Positions 31,832 through 42,410 of a DNA stretch of 64,000 bases are shown piece by piece. The stretch lies in contig CAVTBU010000005.1 of NCBI GenBank assembly GCA_963733035.1, forward strand, positions 288,001 to 352,000, read 5' to 3'. This DNA comes from Pirellulales bacterium (GTDB lineage Bacteria > Planctomycetota > Planctomycetia > Pirellulales > PALSA-1355). The notes under the pieces were generated by a model. That model did not search any database, was not told the DNA's origin, and saw only the letters and a program-made list of their open reading frames with translations. The first letter of the stretch is position 1; each line of letters begins with the position of its first letter. The translations under genes were made by a program, and so were the position numbers.

Positions 31832-33472
31832 CTATTCCGGGAATTTTTTTTGCCGCGTTTCAAAGACCGAAATCAGCGGTCGGCCAGCGTAGTCGAACAG
31901 CACTCGACGCTCCAACACCCCGTCGTGGCCATTCCGTCGTAGCTCGCGTTCAGTGGGGCTACCGACAAATTCCACGTACCAGGTGGTTCTAGAACGGCTA
32001 ACCGGCTCGGGTGCCAGCGGATCGATGGCTGATGCTGGCTCCCGTACGTCGACACTATGCTCGCCTTGCGCCAAATAGGCGAGCGGCCAGTAGAGCCACC
32101 ACTCACTGGCCACGATGCGGATCGCGTCCTCGGGTCCACGTTCGGCCAGGATTTTGCCTAAAGCAGCCAACTTCGGCTCGACCTTGGCTGTCCGAAATGC
32201 GCGATGCGAGAGTCCCCCACTCCGCTCGATGAACTCGAAGTATCCAAGGTAAAACATGAGCGGGAACAGCCCTCCGACGAGCAACAATCCCCAGGCCGAC
32301 GCTCGTGCCCAGGGCCGGGCAGGCTCGATCCACCACTCCAGTCCTCGCGAGAGAACGAGGGCCCCCGGCGCAACCAGGCAAATGCCGTAACGTTCGAGGT
32401 GCGGAACGATCGCGCCTGGCCCGGCCACCAGCGCGAATCCCAACAGCATGATCGACCAACCTAGGAGCAAACTAACATCGACAGCGTCTGCGCCGTGCAA
32501 GAGCCGTTGCACCAGTCCCCAGGCCCCAATCACCATGGCAAAGCCCAGAATCCAATTGCTCGCCAGCGGCAGCCAGACAAACGGCGCGAGTGCCTCCTTA
32601 GCGACCTCCACGCCTGAAATATATTCGTATACCGTCGCACCGCTCAGCAAACGCAAATAGTTCTGGCAAAACTCGCCAAATTCGCTGGGGCCATGTAGTC
32701 GAGTCACCAGGGTGGCCAATAACACCCAGGCGATATATACGACAATCGCGCTAATCGTCACGAGCCCGGCCAACGATCCAGGACGCGCGGGCAGGGCCGC
32801 TGTTCGCAGGCGCCAAATCAGTTGGTTCCGGCGGGCGTAAATAATCGGCACGACCAGCAGCGGTGTGGCAAAAATGTTCGTGGGGTGAACGATCAGTGCG
32901 GCCGCGAGTGCAACCATGGCCCCCAGCGGAAGCGGGCCGGCCGACGAGCGATGGCGCAGCCAGATGAGCGGCAGGTAGAGCACCACCACCGTGGCCAACA
33001 GGCTTTGGCTCGCATCCCAGCCCAGCCGACTGTAGGCGATGTTGATGGGCAGCGCCGCCAACAGCACAGTCGAAACCAAGGCGGTCCGGCAATCGAACGC
33101 CCGCCAACAAAGCCAGTAATTAACGACGAGTGACAGGATGCCACTTACGACTGCAACCGAACGTAGTACGACGAAAGACGGAGAAAAAACCGTGTGCAGA
33201 GCCGCCAACGGCAACAGAAAGAATACATTCACCGGGTTGCCGGTTGGCGTTCTCCAGGCAATGGGTTGCCCGTGTAACAGCCGCATTGCCTGCACGCCGG
33301 ACCAGGCTTCATCGCCGTTGATGCCCGGTAGATTGCCGAGTCTCCATATCCGTAGGAAACAGCACACCGTCAAAAGCAATACCGTTGCCGTCGCCAGCCA
33401 GAGCGATCCGCTGCCGCGCAATGACGTGTCCGGATCAGCAATGGCTCGAGGCGCTTCGCTAGTAGACGGCAT
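31832..33472 (-). CDS. GT-C fold membrane glycosyltransferase (GT39/ArnT-like)
   Basis: TM1 followed by PGINGDEAW acidic motif, YSRLGW, many TM segments. Confidence 0.75.
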   Translation of the reverse strand: MPSTSEAPRAIADPDTSLRGSGSLWLATATVLLLTVCCFLRIWRLGNLPGINGDEAWSGVQAMRLLHGQPIAWRTPTGNPVNVFFLLPLAALHTVFSPSFVVLRSVAVVSGILSLVVNYWLCWRAFDCRTALVSTVLLAALPINIAYSRLGWDASQSLLATVVVLYLPLIWLRHRSSAGPLPLGAMVALAAALIVHPTNIFATPLLVVPIIYARRNQLIWRLRTAALPARPGSLAGLVTISAIVVYIAWVLLATLVTRLHGPSEFGEFCQNYLRLLSGATVYEYISGVEVAKEALAPFVWLPLASNWILGFAMVIGAWGLVQRLLHGADAVDVSLLLGWSIMLLGFALVAGPGAIVPHLERYGICLVAPGALVLSRGLEWWIEPARPWARASAWGLLLVGGLFPLMFYLGYFEFIERSGGLSHRAFRTAKVEPKLAALGKILAERGPEDAIRIVASEWWLYWPLAYLAQGEHSVDVREPASAIDPLAPEPVSRSRTTWYVEFVGSPTERELRRNGHDGVLERRVLFDYAGRPLISVFETRQKKFPE

Positions 33473-33759
33473 GGAATACGGAAGGTCGTGTTCGTAGAGA
33501 AATCGGGGCCATCAAAGATAGCCTCGTCCTGCAATGTTCGCCGACGACGCCTTCCGTCGATCCCGGACCGCTGCGCCGCTACATTCGGTACAAGTTGCAT
33601 GGACTAGGAATTTCCCGCGATGAATGCGTTTGGCGGGCCTGCCCAACGTGCAGCATCGAGCTAAGTTTTCTCTGACCGGCACGACCGCTCGCTTTCAAAG
33701 TGCTCTGCCCACCGGCCGGCTTCCCCACCCGTAACAATTGCCACACCTGGAACGTTTGC

Positions 33760-34677
33760 ATGGATTTCCTTGCCACGATCCTCGAACGCCTGTCGGCCAG
33801 CGACCTGTGCGGCTATCAGCCCAAGGCCCCCGCAACGACCGAACCCACCGCGCTCGCCGCACTCGCCTTGTTCGCGCATGGTCGAGACCAAGCCGCCGAG
33901 CCTTTAGTGCAGCGTTTGCTCGAAATGCAGAACAATGACGGCAGCCTCGGAATTGATCGCCTTCAAGCGGAACCGGGCTGGCCCACCGGCTGGGCACTAC
34001 TTGCCTGGCGTGCCGCACAAAAGAGTTCGATCTTTGTCCCCGACTACCTGCGCGCGATCTTGCGCGGCAGAAACTGGATTCTCAACAACGCGGGAGACGT
34101 CGCGGACCCGGCCGGCTGGGGCGGACACGACACGAGCATGCACGGTTGGGCGTGGGTCGTGGGCACGCATTCGTGGGTCGAGCCCACCGCGATCAACTTG
34201 CTGGCACTTAAGCATAACGGCCAAGCGCACCACCGACGCGCTCGGGAAGCCGTCGCGTTGCTTGTCGACCGCTTGCTGCCGGATGGCGGCTGCAACTACG
34301 GCAACACGGTGGTCTTTGGCCAAACGCTCCGCCCCCATCTAGAACCGACAGGGATTGCCCTGCTGGCACTCCGGGAAGAGGAAGATCCCAGTGGCCGCCT
34401 CGACCGTTCCGTCAAATATTTGCAGCGCGAACTGAATGAACGCACCACAACCGCGTCGCTCTGCTACGGCCTGTTGGGCCTCGCGGCTCACGAGGCCTAT
34501 CCACCCGACGCGCCGCGATGGCTGGCGGCCGCCACTGACCGATCACTCAGACGTGACCCGTCGAGCTACAAGCTCGCGCTGATCGCGCTGGCCGCCCTGG
34601 GGTCCGCATGCCCATTGGTCTCCGATGTCTGGTCGCAGAATGAGACCCAATTGAACGAGGGATTGACCACGTCATGA
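33760..34677 (+). CDS. Prenyltransferase/squalene-oxidase repeat (alpha/alpha barrel) protein
   Basis: MQNNDGS, GWAWVVGTHSWVEPTA, DGGCNYGN, repeated EPTAxALLAL units; no signal peptide. Confidence 0.75.
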   Translation: MDFLATILERLSASDLCGYQPKAPATTEPTALAALALFAHGRDQAAEPLVQRLLEMQNNDGSLGIDRLQAEPGWPTGWALLAWRAAQKSSIFVPDYLRAILRGRNWILNNAGDVADPAGWGGHDTSMHGWAWVVGTHSWVEPTAINLLALKHNGQAHHRRAREAVALLVDRLLPDGGCNYGNTVVFGQTLRPHLEPTGIALLALREEEDPSGRLDRSVKYLQRELNERTTTASLCYGLLGLAAHEAYPPDAPRWLAAATDRSLRRDPSSYKLALIALAALGSACPLVSDVWSQNETQLNEGLTTS

Positions 34678-35711
34678 CGACCGCCACCGTTCCACCAATC
34701 GAAACCGGCCCCGAAATACAGGTCGACCGCCGCGCGCTTCTCATCGGCGCCGGCTTGGCCGCGGCCGGAGTCATGGCGCTACCGTTCCTGCGGCGGGCCT
34801 GGTACGATTCGGCCTCGGTGTTTGTGGCCCGCAACCAGCGCTATGACGGCCCGCTGGAACAAACCATCCGCGACGGTCTGTTGGCAACTGGCTTCAGCCC
34901 GGCTGCGATTCACGGCCGCAAGGTGCTGCTTAAGCCCAACCTCGTCGAACCAATTCGTAGTTGCCCACAAATGACCACCGATCCGGCGGTCGTCGTGGCC
35001 GCGGCTAATGTATTTCGCAATTGGGGCGCGAGCGTCGTCGTTGGCGAAGGTCCCGGTCACATGCGCGACACGGAAATGGCCCTGGTCGAATCGGGCCTGC
35101 AGGAAGCGCTGGACGACGCACGTTTACCGTTTGTCGACCTGAACTACAGCCAGGTGGGCTGGATGAAGAACGAGGGTCGCGCCACCGAGCTGCCCGGCTT
35201 TTTCTTTCCTCAGCACGTGATTGAAGCCGACTTGATCGTTTCGCTGCCCAAGATGAAAACCCACCACTGGGTTGGCTATACCGGGGCATTGAAGAACCTC
35301 TACGGCGTCATCCCAGGCGTCAAATACGGCTGGCCAAAAAACGTATTGCATTATGCCGGCATCCCCGAGTCGATTTACGACATCAATGCCACGCTTACGA
35401 AAACTGTCTCAATTGTCGACGGCATCCTGGCCATGGAAGGCGATGGTCCCATTATGGGCAGCCCCAAACCGATGGGACTGTTGTTGGTCGGCACGAACAA
35501 CACCGCCGTCGACGCGACGTTGGGCCGCATCATGGGTTTCGAACCAGCGAAAATCTCCTATCTGAAGCTCGCCGCTAACAAGCTTGGCCCCATCGACGAC
35601 TCGCTGATCGAACAGCAGGGTGAACGCTGGCACGACGTGGCCCACCCGTTCCAAATCATCGATGCCCCGCAACTGCAAGGGCTACGCCGCCGTGGCGTCC
35701 AGGTGACATGA
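34674..35711 (+). CDS. DUF362 domain protein with twin-arginine-like N-terminus
   Basis: LLKPNLVE, VGEGPGH, SLPKMKTHH..TGALKNLYG, DGILAMEGDGP; DRRALL + hydrophobic stretch; ATGA overlap with the upstream gene. Confidence 0.85.
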   Translation: MTTATVPPIETGPEIQVDRRALLIGAGLAAAGVMALPFLRRAWYDSASVFVARNQRYDGPLEQTIRDGLLATGFSPAAIHGRKVLLKPNLVEPIRSCPQMTTDPAVVVAAANVFRNWGASVVVGEGPGHMRDTEMALVESGLQEALDDARLPFVDLNYSQVGWMKNEGRATELPGFFFPQHVIEADLIVSLPKMKTHHWVGYTGALKNLYGVIPGVKYGWPKNVLHYAGIPESIYDINATLTKTVSIVDGILAMEGDGPIMGSPKPMGLLLVGTNNTAVDATLGRIMGFEPAKISYLKLAANKLGPIDDSLIEQQGERWHDVAHPFQIIDAPQLQGLRRRGVQVT

Positions 35712-37858
35712 GTTCGACGGCCAAGTTCAGCCCCGAGCGGCGATTGTCGGCCTGGATTTTGCTGGCCGCCGTCGGATGTTTCGTGGCCTTGGCGACCCCA
35801 TTTTTCGTTGGGCGAGTGTACGTGGCGGACGATCTGGGCGAGTTTCATCTGCCGGTACGTAACTTTTACGCCCAGCAACTCGCTCACGGAGAGCCGTTCG
35901 ACTGGATGCCTAGCCTCTACGGTGGCTTCTACGTCGCAGCCGAAGGCCAGCTCGGAAGCTATCACCCCTGGCACTGGCTACTATATCGCTTTCTACCGCT
36001 CGGTGCGGCATTTAACGTCGAGGTACTCGCCAGCTATCCCCTGCTCTTCGCGGGCACGTTTCTGTTCTTTCGGCGCCTCGTCGGCCGTCGCGATGCTGCA
36101 TTGTTTGGCGCGCTCACCTTCACGTTCAGTGGGTTCTGCTTGCTCCATTTCGTGCATCCGAATGCGATCGCTGTAGTCGCGCATTTGCCATGGATTCTGT
36201 GGGCGATCGACGTGGCTCTCTCGACGTCGAGCAACAAAGCCCGGGCCTGTGCTGAGTTGGCCGTGGGACTGCTCATCGCGTCGCAATTGCTGTTGGGCTA
36301 CCCGCAATTCGTGTGGCTGTCTCTACTGGCCGAGTTCGCCTTAGTGACTTGGCGTCTCTGGCGACATGAAGCGCGTGCGACCGGCATCGCTTGGCTTGCG
36401 GTGGCAGTTGTTGGCGGCGTGCTCGTCGGAGGTCTGCAATGGATCCCCACCTGGCACCTGCTTCGAGAATCAGTGCGACATGCCCCCGACGTGGCATTCG
36501 CCAACACTGGCTCCATGCACTTGCTAAACCTCGTGCAACTTGTCGGACCCTACCTGTTTAAAACCCGTGTCGTCGGCCAAAATACCCACGAACTAGGGCT
36601 CTATGTCGGCGCTGTGCCGCTTGTGTTGTGTGTTTGGCTACTGGCGCATCGCCAGCGGTGGGGAAGTTATCGCCCGCTGATTCGGGGATTGCTTATTTGC
36701 ACGGTCCTCGCGACGCTGCTGGCCGCTGGCGAATTCGGCGGGCTCTATCGACTGCAATCGCTAGTGCCGCTGGCCAATCGGTTTCGCTTCCCATGCCGGG
36801 CGATCGTGCTGGTGCAGCTTTGTGTGGCGGCGCTAGCGGCTGTCGGTGCGGCCTTGCTGTTCGCCCGCACGCAGGCCAGTTCCGTCGTCAGCGATTCCAA
36901 AAGCCGTTGGATCATCTATGTCGTGCTAGCGGCCGTCGCACTTGCGGTCACGGGACCGCTCTTTTGGCCAACCCATGTGGCCGCGCCATTGCTGATTTGG
37001 AGCGGCCCCCTGCTTGTGGGCACTGCCGCGGCATTGGTCGCCCTGACCGAACGTGGCATCCGTGCCGCCGCGGTTTGTCTCGCCCTGTTCACGGCTTTGG
37101 ATCTTAGCATCTACGGGCTGAGCTATTCGGTCTACGGGCGCACAGCCGACCTACATAGCTACGTCGGCCAGATCGCGCTTCCACCACCAGCCAACTCGCT
37201 CCGTGTCGCGGCGCCAGATCCTGGCGGAAATCTGCGCACGGGTGACCGGATGTTGCTGGCCGGCCTGAGTCGCGTCGACGGATATGCCGGATTGGAGCCC
37301 GCAAAACGTCTGGACTACCAGCAGCCGGAGGTACTCGCCCTGGCAGGAGTCGGTTGGATTCTAGAACCGGCACGGGATCGCTGGTGTACGAACCGCAATT
37401 GGCGAGCGATCTCTCCAACGGCGCCGCGCGTGAGGCTCGTCACGCAAACCATTTTGCAACAACCGGACCCTCGCGCCATGGTGCGCGACTGGAACACGGC
37501 AACTGCCGATCCGGCGATTGCGCTCGACGCAACCAACCCCGGCTCGGCCAAAGTCGTTGAAGACCGCCCAGGACGCATTGTCGTTGAAACGACCTGCGAC
37601 GAGGAACAACTGCTGGTCACCACCGAAAGCTTCGATTCCGGCTGGAACGCATCCATCGACGAACGGCCCGTGACGATCATTCGGGTTAATGAAGATTTTC
37701 TGGGTTGTCCGGTGCCGCGAGGGAACCATCGAGTAACGCTGGAATTTCGCCCGTTCGCGCGACGTTTGGGAGCCGCGATTTCCTGCTTTGGGCTAGGTTT
37801 ATTGATGCTGGCCGCGTGTGTTCGCGTGGCCGTTTCGCGACCGACTAGCGCGAACTGA
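35708..37858 (+). CDS. YfhO-family membrane protein (GT-C)
   Basis: DDL..FHLP, W.PSLYGG, FRFPCR, C-terminal ESFDSGWNASID..VPRGNHRVTLEF; ATGA overlap. Confidence 0.8.
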   Translation: MSSTAKFSPERRLSAWILLAAVGCFVALATPFFVGRVYVADDLGEFHLPVRNFYAQQLAHGEPFDWMPSLYGGFYVAAEGQLGSYHPWHWLLYRFLPLGAAFNVEVLASYPLLFAGTFLFFRRLVGRRDAALFGALTFTFSGFCLLHFVHPNAIAVVAHLPWILWAIDVALSTSSNKARACAELAVGLLIASQLLLGYPQFVWLSLLAEFALVTWRLWRHEARATGIAWLAVAVVGGVLVGGLQWIPTWHLLRESVRHAPDVAFANTGSMHLLNLVQLVGPYLFKTRVVGQNTHELGLYVGAVPLVLCVWLLAHRQRWGSYRPLIRGLLICTVLATLLAAGEFGGLYRLQSLVPLANRFRFPCRAIVLVQLCVAALAAVGAALLFARTQASSVVSDSKSRWIIYVVLAAVALAVTGPLFWPTHVAAPLLIWSGPLLVGTAAALVALTERGIRAAAVCLALFTALDLSIYGLSYSVYGRTADLHSYVGQIALPPPANSLRVAAPDPGGNLRTGDRMLLAGLSRVDGYAGLEPAKRLDYQQPEVLALAGVGWILEPARDRWCTNRNWRAISPTAPRVRLVTQTILQQPDPRAMVRDWNTATADPAIALDATNPGSAKVVEDRPGRIVVETTCDEEQLLVTTESFDSGWNASIDERPVTIIRVNEDFLGCPVPRGNHRVTLEFRPFARRLGAAISCFGLGLLMLAACVRVAVSRPTSAN

Positions 37859-37869
37859 GGACCTTTTTC

Positions 37870-38973
37870 ATGTTGCGACGCTCCCTCCGGGACACGCTGA
37901 TCACAGCCGTCCTGCCAGTCTACAACGAAGCCGCCGTGCTGGCCGAACTGTTTCGCCGCGTGCGCGATGCCATCGAAAAGTCCGGATCGCGACAGGAGAT
38001 TATCTTCGTCGACGACGGCTCCGACGACGGCAGCGAAGAGCTGCTCGATAACCTGGCGGCCGACCATCCGCAAGTACGCGTGATTCACCTGTCGCGCAAC
38101 TTTGGACATCAAGCCGCCGTTCAGGCGGGTCTCGCACACGCGCACGGTGACGTCGTGCTGCTGATGGACAGCGATATGCAGGATGCACCGGAAGCACTCG
38201 AGCGGTTTCTGCTGCAGTGGCAAGCAGGCTACGACGTTGTGTACGCCGTCCGCCGCGATCGGCCCGAGCAGCTTTGGAAGCGGATCCTGTTCGCGGGGTT
38301 CCACCGTACGCTTGCCGCGATTGCCGACACCGCTGTGCCGGTTGGGGCGGGCAACTTCAGCCTTATCGATGCCCGCGTGGTCGAAGCGATCGTCCGCATG
38401 GGAGAACGCGACCGCTACCTGCCGGGCCTGCGGTCCTGGGTCGGTTTTAAGCAGATCGGCATCGACGTGCGCCGATTGCCACGCTACGATAACCGTCCGC
38501 GTGTCTCGCTGCGCGGGCTGTGGAAGCTGGCTAAGACAGCCATCTTTTCGTTTTCGACATTCCCGCTTTTCGTGTTTACGTTGATCGGCTATTCGGCGTT
38601 GGCCGTGTTTCTGGGGCTGAGCGCGTTCTCGCTGTTCTGCAAGCTGTTTACGAACCTGGCAATTCCAGGCTGGACGTCGAACGTGCTGGTGGCCAGCTTC
38701 TTCGGCGCGGTCAATGCCCTGGGCATTAGCATGCTCGGGGAATATGTGGCTCGCATCTACGACCAGGTTCGTGGCCGACCGATGTACCTTGTCGATCGCG
38801 CTGTGAATCTCACGACTGAGCGTGAAACCTCGGGTAGTCTGACTTGCGCCGAAAAGGACCTGGCATATGAGCAGCTTTTGCGGGAAGCAAAGGAACTCGT
38901 GCAAATGGTCGAAGACCACGACGAAAAATACGACTCGCAGCGGTCCTTGCCGACCGGTGCTGTCGAAGGCTGA
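37870..38973 (+). CDS. GT2 polyprenol-phosphate glycosyltransferase (GtrB/CsbB-like)
   Basis: VLPVYNE, VDDGSDDGS, LSRNFGHQAA, MDSDMQDAPE, two C-terminal TMs, GEYVARIY..RPMY. Confidence 0.92.
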   Translation: MLRRSLRDTLITAVLPVYNEAAVLAELFRRVRDAIEKSGSRQEIIFVDDGSDDGSEELLDNLAADHPQVRVIHLSRNFGHQAAVQAGLAHAHGDVVLLMDSDMQDAPEALERFLLQWQAGYDVVYAVRRDRPEQLWKRILFAGFHRTLAAIADTAVPVGAGNFSLIDARVVEAIVRMGERDRYLPGLRSWVGFKQIGIDVRRLPRYDNRPRVSLRGLWKLAKTAIFSFSTFPLFVFTLIGYSALAVFLGLSAFSLFCKLFTNLAIPGWTSNVLVASFFGAVNALGISMLGEYVARIYDQVRGRPMYLVDRAVNLTTERETSGSLTCAEKDLAYEQLLREAKELVQMVEDHDEKYDSQRSLPTGAVEG

Positions 38974-38994
38974 TCGCCCAGGCGCCCGCGACAG

Positions 38995-40080
38995 CTATGC
39001 CAAGAGCGCGCTTCGTTTCCACGAGGCAGTCCAAGCAGCACGCAGAACCGCAGGTGTCCGCGACGCCGTCAAACATAGCAGCGGTGCGATCTGCGATCCC
39101 CAGTATTGATTGAACTCGTTGCCCACGATGGCAAACGCCAGCGTGTAAGCAGCCACAGTCAAGCCAATCAACCGGCCAGCGGAGCTGTTCCAGGTGGCGG
39201 CTCCCAGCAGCGCACAAGCAAAATAGATGCCCGTCACCCATTGCGGCAATAGCAGCAGGTAGGCGTTCAACTGGGCGGTGGCGACAAGGAAGCCCGCGCC
39301 GCCAAAGCGAATCCAGCCGGCCTCGTGGGCCGTGGCATCGCCACCGATTCGTGGCAACACTTGCTGCGCATGAAGCCAGTAGAACACGCCGTAGGCGACC
39401 AAACCCACCGCCCAGACGCCGATTTCTCGGTAGCGATGCTGGCCAATCGCCAACAACAGGCAGACCACCACGTACGGCGCCGCCAATTCTCGAAAGAAGA
39501 GTGCGGCCAGCCCCACGGCAATCGCGGCCTTGCGACGCTCGAGCCCATAGCAAACGGCCGAGGTGGCGACCAGTACTCCCGACCACAATTCCGAAAGCAG
39601 CACCGGTTCGCCAAGGAAGCATGGCAGCAGCGCCCCACTAAGAAGCACCACGCAAGCCATACCCTGCAACGGCCCCCCTTCATCCGCCAGCAATGTAAAG
39701 GCAAGCAGGACGAGCGTCAGGCCGAGCACGACCAACATGGCGTTGGCCACTAGCATCTCGGGCAATTGCGCCACAAGCCACACCGGCAGGGGCGTGCGCC
39801 AGTTGAAGATGCTTCGCGTGGGATAGCCCCGGACCACAAGTTCCGCCGCGGCGGCGTCGTAATACGACTCTCCGGCATGCATTCTCGCGACTTCCGCCGC
39901 ATAGAGTCCCAAATCCCCCGGTCCACGATCCGGCGCGTCCGCGTACCCTTGAGCGAGAGGCGAAACGGCGATGCCCACGAAAAACGCGGCAGTCAGTAGG
40001 AATAGCGCCAACAGCACACGTGCGTGTGCGCGCTCGCCCACCATTTCAGACGCGTGCCGTACGACCGAAGCCATGCCCAT
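38995..40080 (-). CDS. Multi-pass membrane protein, possibly GT-C-like
   Basis: TM1 then GDLGLY..GESYY..FNWRTP loop, RE motif, ~10 TMs; start uncertain. Confidence 0.6.
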   Translation of the reverse strand: MGMASVVRHASEMVGERAHARVLLALFLLTAAFFVGIAVSPLAQGYADAPDRGPGDLGLYAAEVARMHAGESYYDAAAAELVVRGYPTRSIFNWRTPLPVWLVAQLPEMLVANAMLVVLGLTLVLLAFTLLADEGGPLQGMACVVLLSGALLPCFLGEPVLLSELWSGVLVATSAVCYGLERRKAAIAVGLAALFFRELAAPYVVVCLLLAIGQHRYREIGVWAVGLVAYGVFYWLHAQQVLPRIGGDATAHEAGWIRFGGAGFLVATAQLNAYLLLLPQWVTGIYFACALLGAATWNSSAGRLIGLTVAAYTLAFAIVGNEFNQYWGSQIAPLLCLTASRTPAVLRAAWTASWKRSALLA

Positions 40081-40218
40081 CCAATGCCGAGAAAAGTGCC
40101 TATCAACCAGCACTCAACCCTAGCACCGTGCCTGGGCCCTCCGAAAGGAAGCACGTCCCACAAAGGCGTTCCGAGCGGTTCCCTTGCTGCACTTGCAATC
40201 CCTACAATCGCGCGGACC

Positions 40219-41562
40219 TCACGCCGATTCTTCATCCACGCGATCGAAGAAGGTCACGGCGAACAGGACCATCACCACCGCGGCAGCCGCCGCCGGAACA
40301 AGCCAGAACTGCCGCCAATCGACGTTGCCGTCGGTCGCGGTAAAGTAGTCCTTCGTAAGGCCAGCCAGCCAAGTCCCGACAAACCCGCCAACACCCAGAG
40401 TTATGAGGGTTATGAAACCTTGGGCCGACGCTCGGATCGCTGTCGGCGCCTTCTTATCGACGTAGATGTAACCAGTTACGAAAAAGAAGTCGTAACAAAT
40501 GCCATGAAGTGCAATGCCGATGTAGATCATCCACATGCCATCCTGGGCGTCCCCGTAGGCAAAAAGCACGTAGCGAACGGCCCAGCAAAGCATGCCGACC
40601 AACAACATCCACTTGACGCCCAATCGCGCGAAAAAGAACGGCATGACCAGCATGAAGAAAATCTCGGACATCTGCCCGTACGTCATTTTGGCGACCGCGT
40701 TGGTAACGCCAATCTCGTTGAGAAAAGGATTCGTGAAGGTGTAATAGAACTGGAGTGGAATACAGATCAGGAACGACCCAATGACAAAGACTAAAAATGA
40801 CCATTTCTTGAGCAAACTCAATGCGTCAAGACCTAGCACATCGCTCACGCTCATTCGCCGGCCGGCTTTTGGCGGCGGCGTATGCGGCAGTGCGAGACAG
40901 AATAGTCCAAGTGCCGCGGATGCGACAGCAGCGATCAAAAGGGGCACTCTCGTGGGTTCGATGGAGCTTTGCCCTGCTGCCAGCTCCCACCATGGCAACC
41001 GGAACACAAACTTTAAAACTTCGCCTTCGTAAACCAGGCACCCAATCAACAGCCCGGCGACAATCCACCCAATTGTCCCCAGCACGCGAACTCCCGGGAA
41101 TTGTTTCTCCGGACTCGACATAGCGCTGAACGACAACGAATTGGTCAGCGCAAGCGTCGGCATGTAACAAATAAAATATAGTAACAACAACGGGTAGAAC
41201 GAGGAAAACTCCGATACCTGCGATATGGCATACAGCAGGCCGGCACCAACAATATGCAGCACGGTCAAGATGTGCTGTGTCGCAAAAAAACGGTCGGCGA
41301 TCATACCTACGATAAAAGGCGCGATGATTGCACCCAGCGCTGATGTGCCATATGCCAATCCCACCTGCTGTCCCGTGAAACCGATCTTTCCCAAATAGGT
41401 ACCCAGCGTGACGAAAAACGCGCCCCAGGTGAAGTACTGCAGGAACATCATGATGGACAGCCTGGTCCGAACGCTCATTTCCAGCGGTATGACGCCAACT
41501 TCACCGGTTCGGGCCATCATCTCGCTCGCGGGATGCTCGGACTCGTGAGACGGGGTCGACAT
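40219..41562 (-). CDS. Nucleoside:H+ symporter family MFS (NupG/XapB-like)
   Basis: RLSIMMFLQYFTWG, GMIADRFF, RVLGTIGWI, GQMSE, LHGICYDFFF; GAGGAG SD. Confidence 0.9.
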   Translation of the reverse strand: MSTPSHESEHPASEMMARTGEVGVIPLEMSVRTRLSIMMFLQYFTWGAFFVTLGTYLGKIGFTGQQVGLAYGTSALGAIIAPFIVGMIADRFFATQHILTVLHIVGAGLLYAISQVSEFSSFYPLLLLYFICYMPTLALTNSLSFSAMSSPEKQFPGVRVLGTIGWIVAGLLIGCLVYEGEVLKFVFRLPWWELAAGQSSIEPTRVPLLIAAVASAALGLFCLALPHTPPPKAGRRMSVSDVLGLDALSLLKKWSFLVFVIGSFLICIPLQFYYTFTNPFLNEIGVTNAVAKMTYGQMSEIFFMLVMPFFFARLGVKWMLLVGMLCWAVRYVLFAYGDAQDGMWMIYIGIALHGICYDFFFVTGYIYVDKKAPTAIRASAQGFITLITLGVGGFVGTWLAGLTKDYFTATDGNVDWRQFWLVPAAAAAVVMVLFAVTFFDRVDEESA

Positions 41563-41797
41563 CGGCAAGGGCTCCTCGCGTCGGGCTTTGGGCAGACTGG
41601 AAAGCGGTCATTCTAGTAGCTCGCGAGTGCCGACGAAAGCACCCCGCGCTGATCGGCACAACCGTTGCCGCCGCACGTGCGAGCCACTCGGTGGAACCAG
41701 GTTTTGCCTCGTTTGCGATGCCGAACTAGGCTTTCGTGGCGGGCGACGGTCAACCCGGCGTCCACCGTTGCTTCAGCTTAATCCGAGGCCCCATCTG

Positions 41798-42410
41798 ATG
41801 GTACCTTCAGCCCTACTTGAACCTGCCGACAATCCCTACCGCTCGAAAATGAACTGGGACTCGCCGACCACGCGCGGTGGGTATACCGATGCCGACCTGA
41901 TCGAACTGCGGGCATTCGTCGGCTCCAACGTCGAGCACTTCCTCCGCAAATGGCTGCCGCGGCTCGAGGACCCACAGCATGGCGACGTCGGCTTCAGTTG
42001 GATCTGCCTGTTTTTCCCTTATTTGTGGTTCGGCTATCGCAGGATGTACAAGGTGGGATTGCTGCTGACGGGCACTAGTTGCCTGGTTCTCGTTCTACAG
42101 CAAATCGTATTTCTCAATAATTCTCGAACTTGAAGCCGCTCCGCAGGGGGCGAGTTTCATTTTCTCCCTGATGATCAACTTTGTGTGCGGGCTATACGGA
42201 AACGCCTGGTATTTGAGCCACGCCGAAGGAGCCATCGCCCGAGCCCGGCAAGAAGGGCTCGTCGGCGACCAACTTCTCATGACACTCATGCGGCGAGGCG
42301 GCACAAGTTGGCTGGGACTATTTGGAATGTGGCTGCTTACCGGTCTGGTGGGTGCCTTTACCGCGATATTCCTCCTCGTGCTGCAGCTTTCGCCCGTCGT
42401 CGCGTTTTGA
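41798..42410 (+). CDS. DUF2628-like membrane protein, frameshifted near 42116
   Basis: FSWICLFFPYLWFGYRRMYK ... GLYGNAWY ... RRGGTS. Removing one A at 42116-42117 gives one ~203-aa ORF. Confidence 0.7.

Noticed and set aside
37315..38919. Long antisense ORFs (for example 37315-38919, 48828-50276, 42322-43386)
   Set aside because: Shadow frames of well-supported genes in GC-rich DNA.
42105..42135. DUF2628-like frameshift as part of the GCGCGC pattern
   Set aside because: It is an extra A in an AT-rich context, a different error type.
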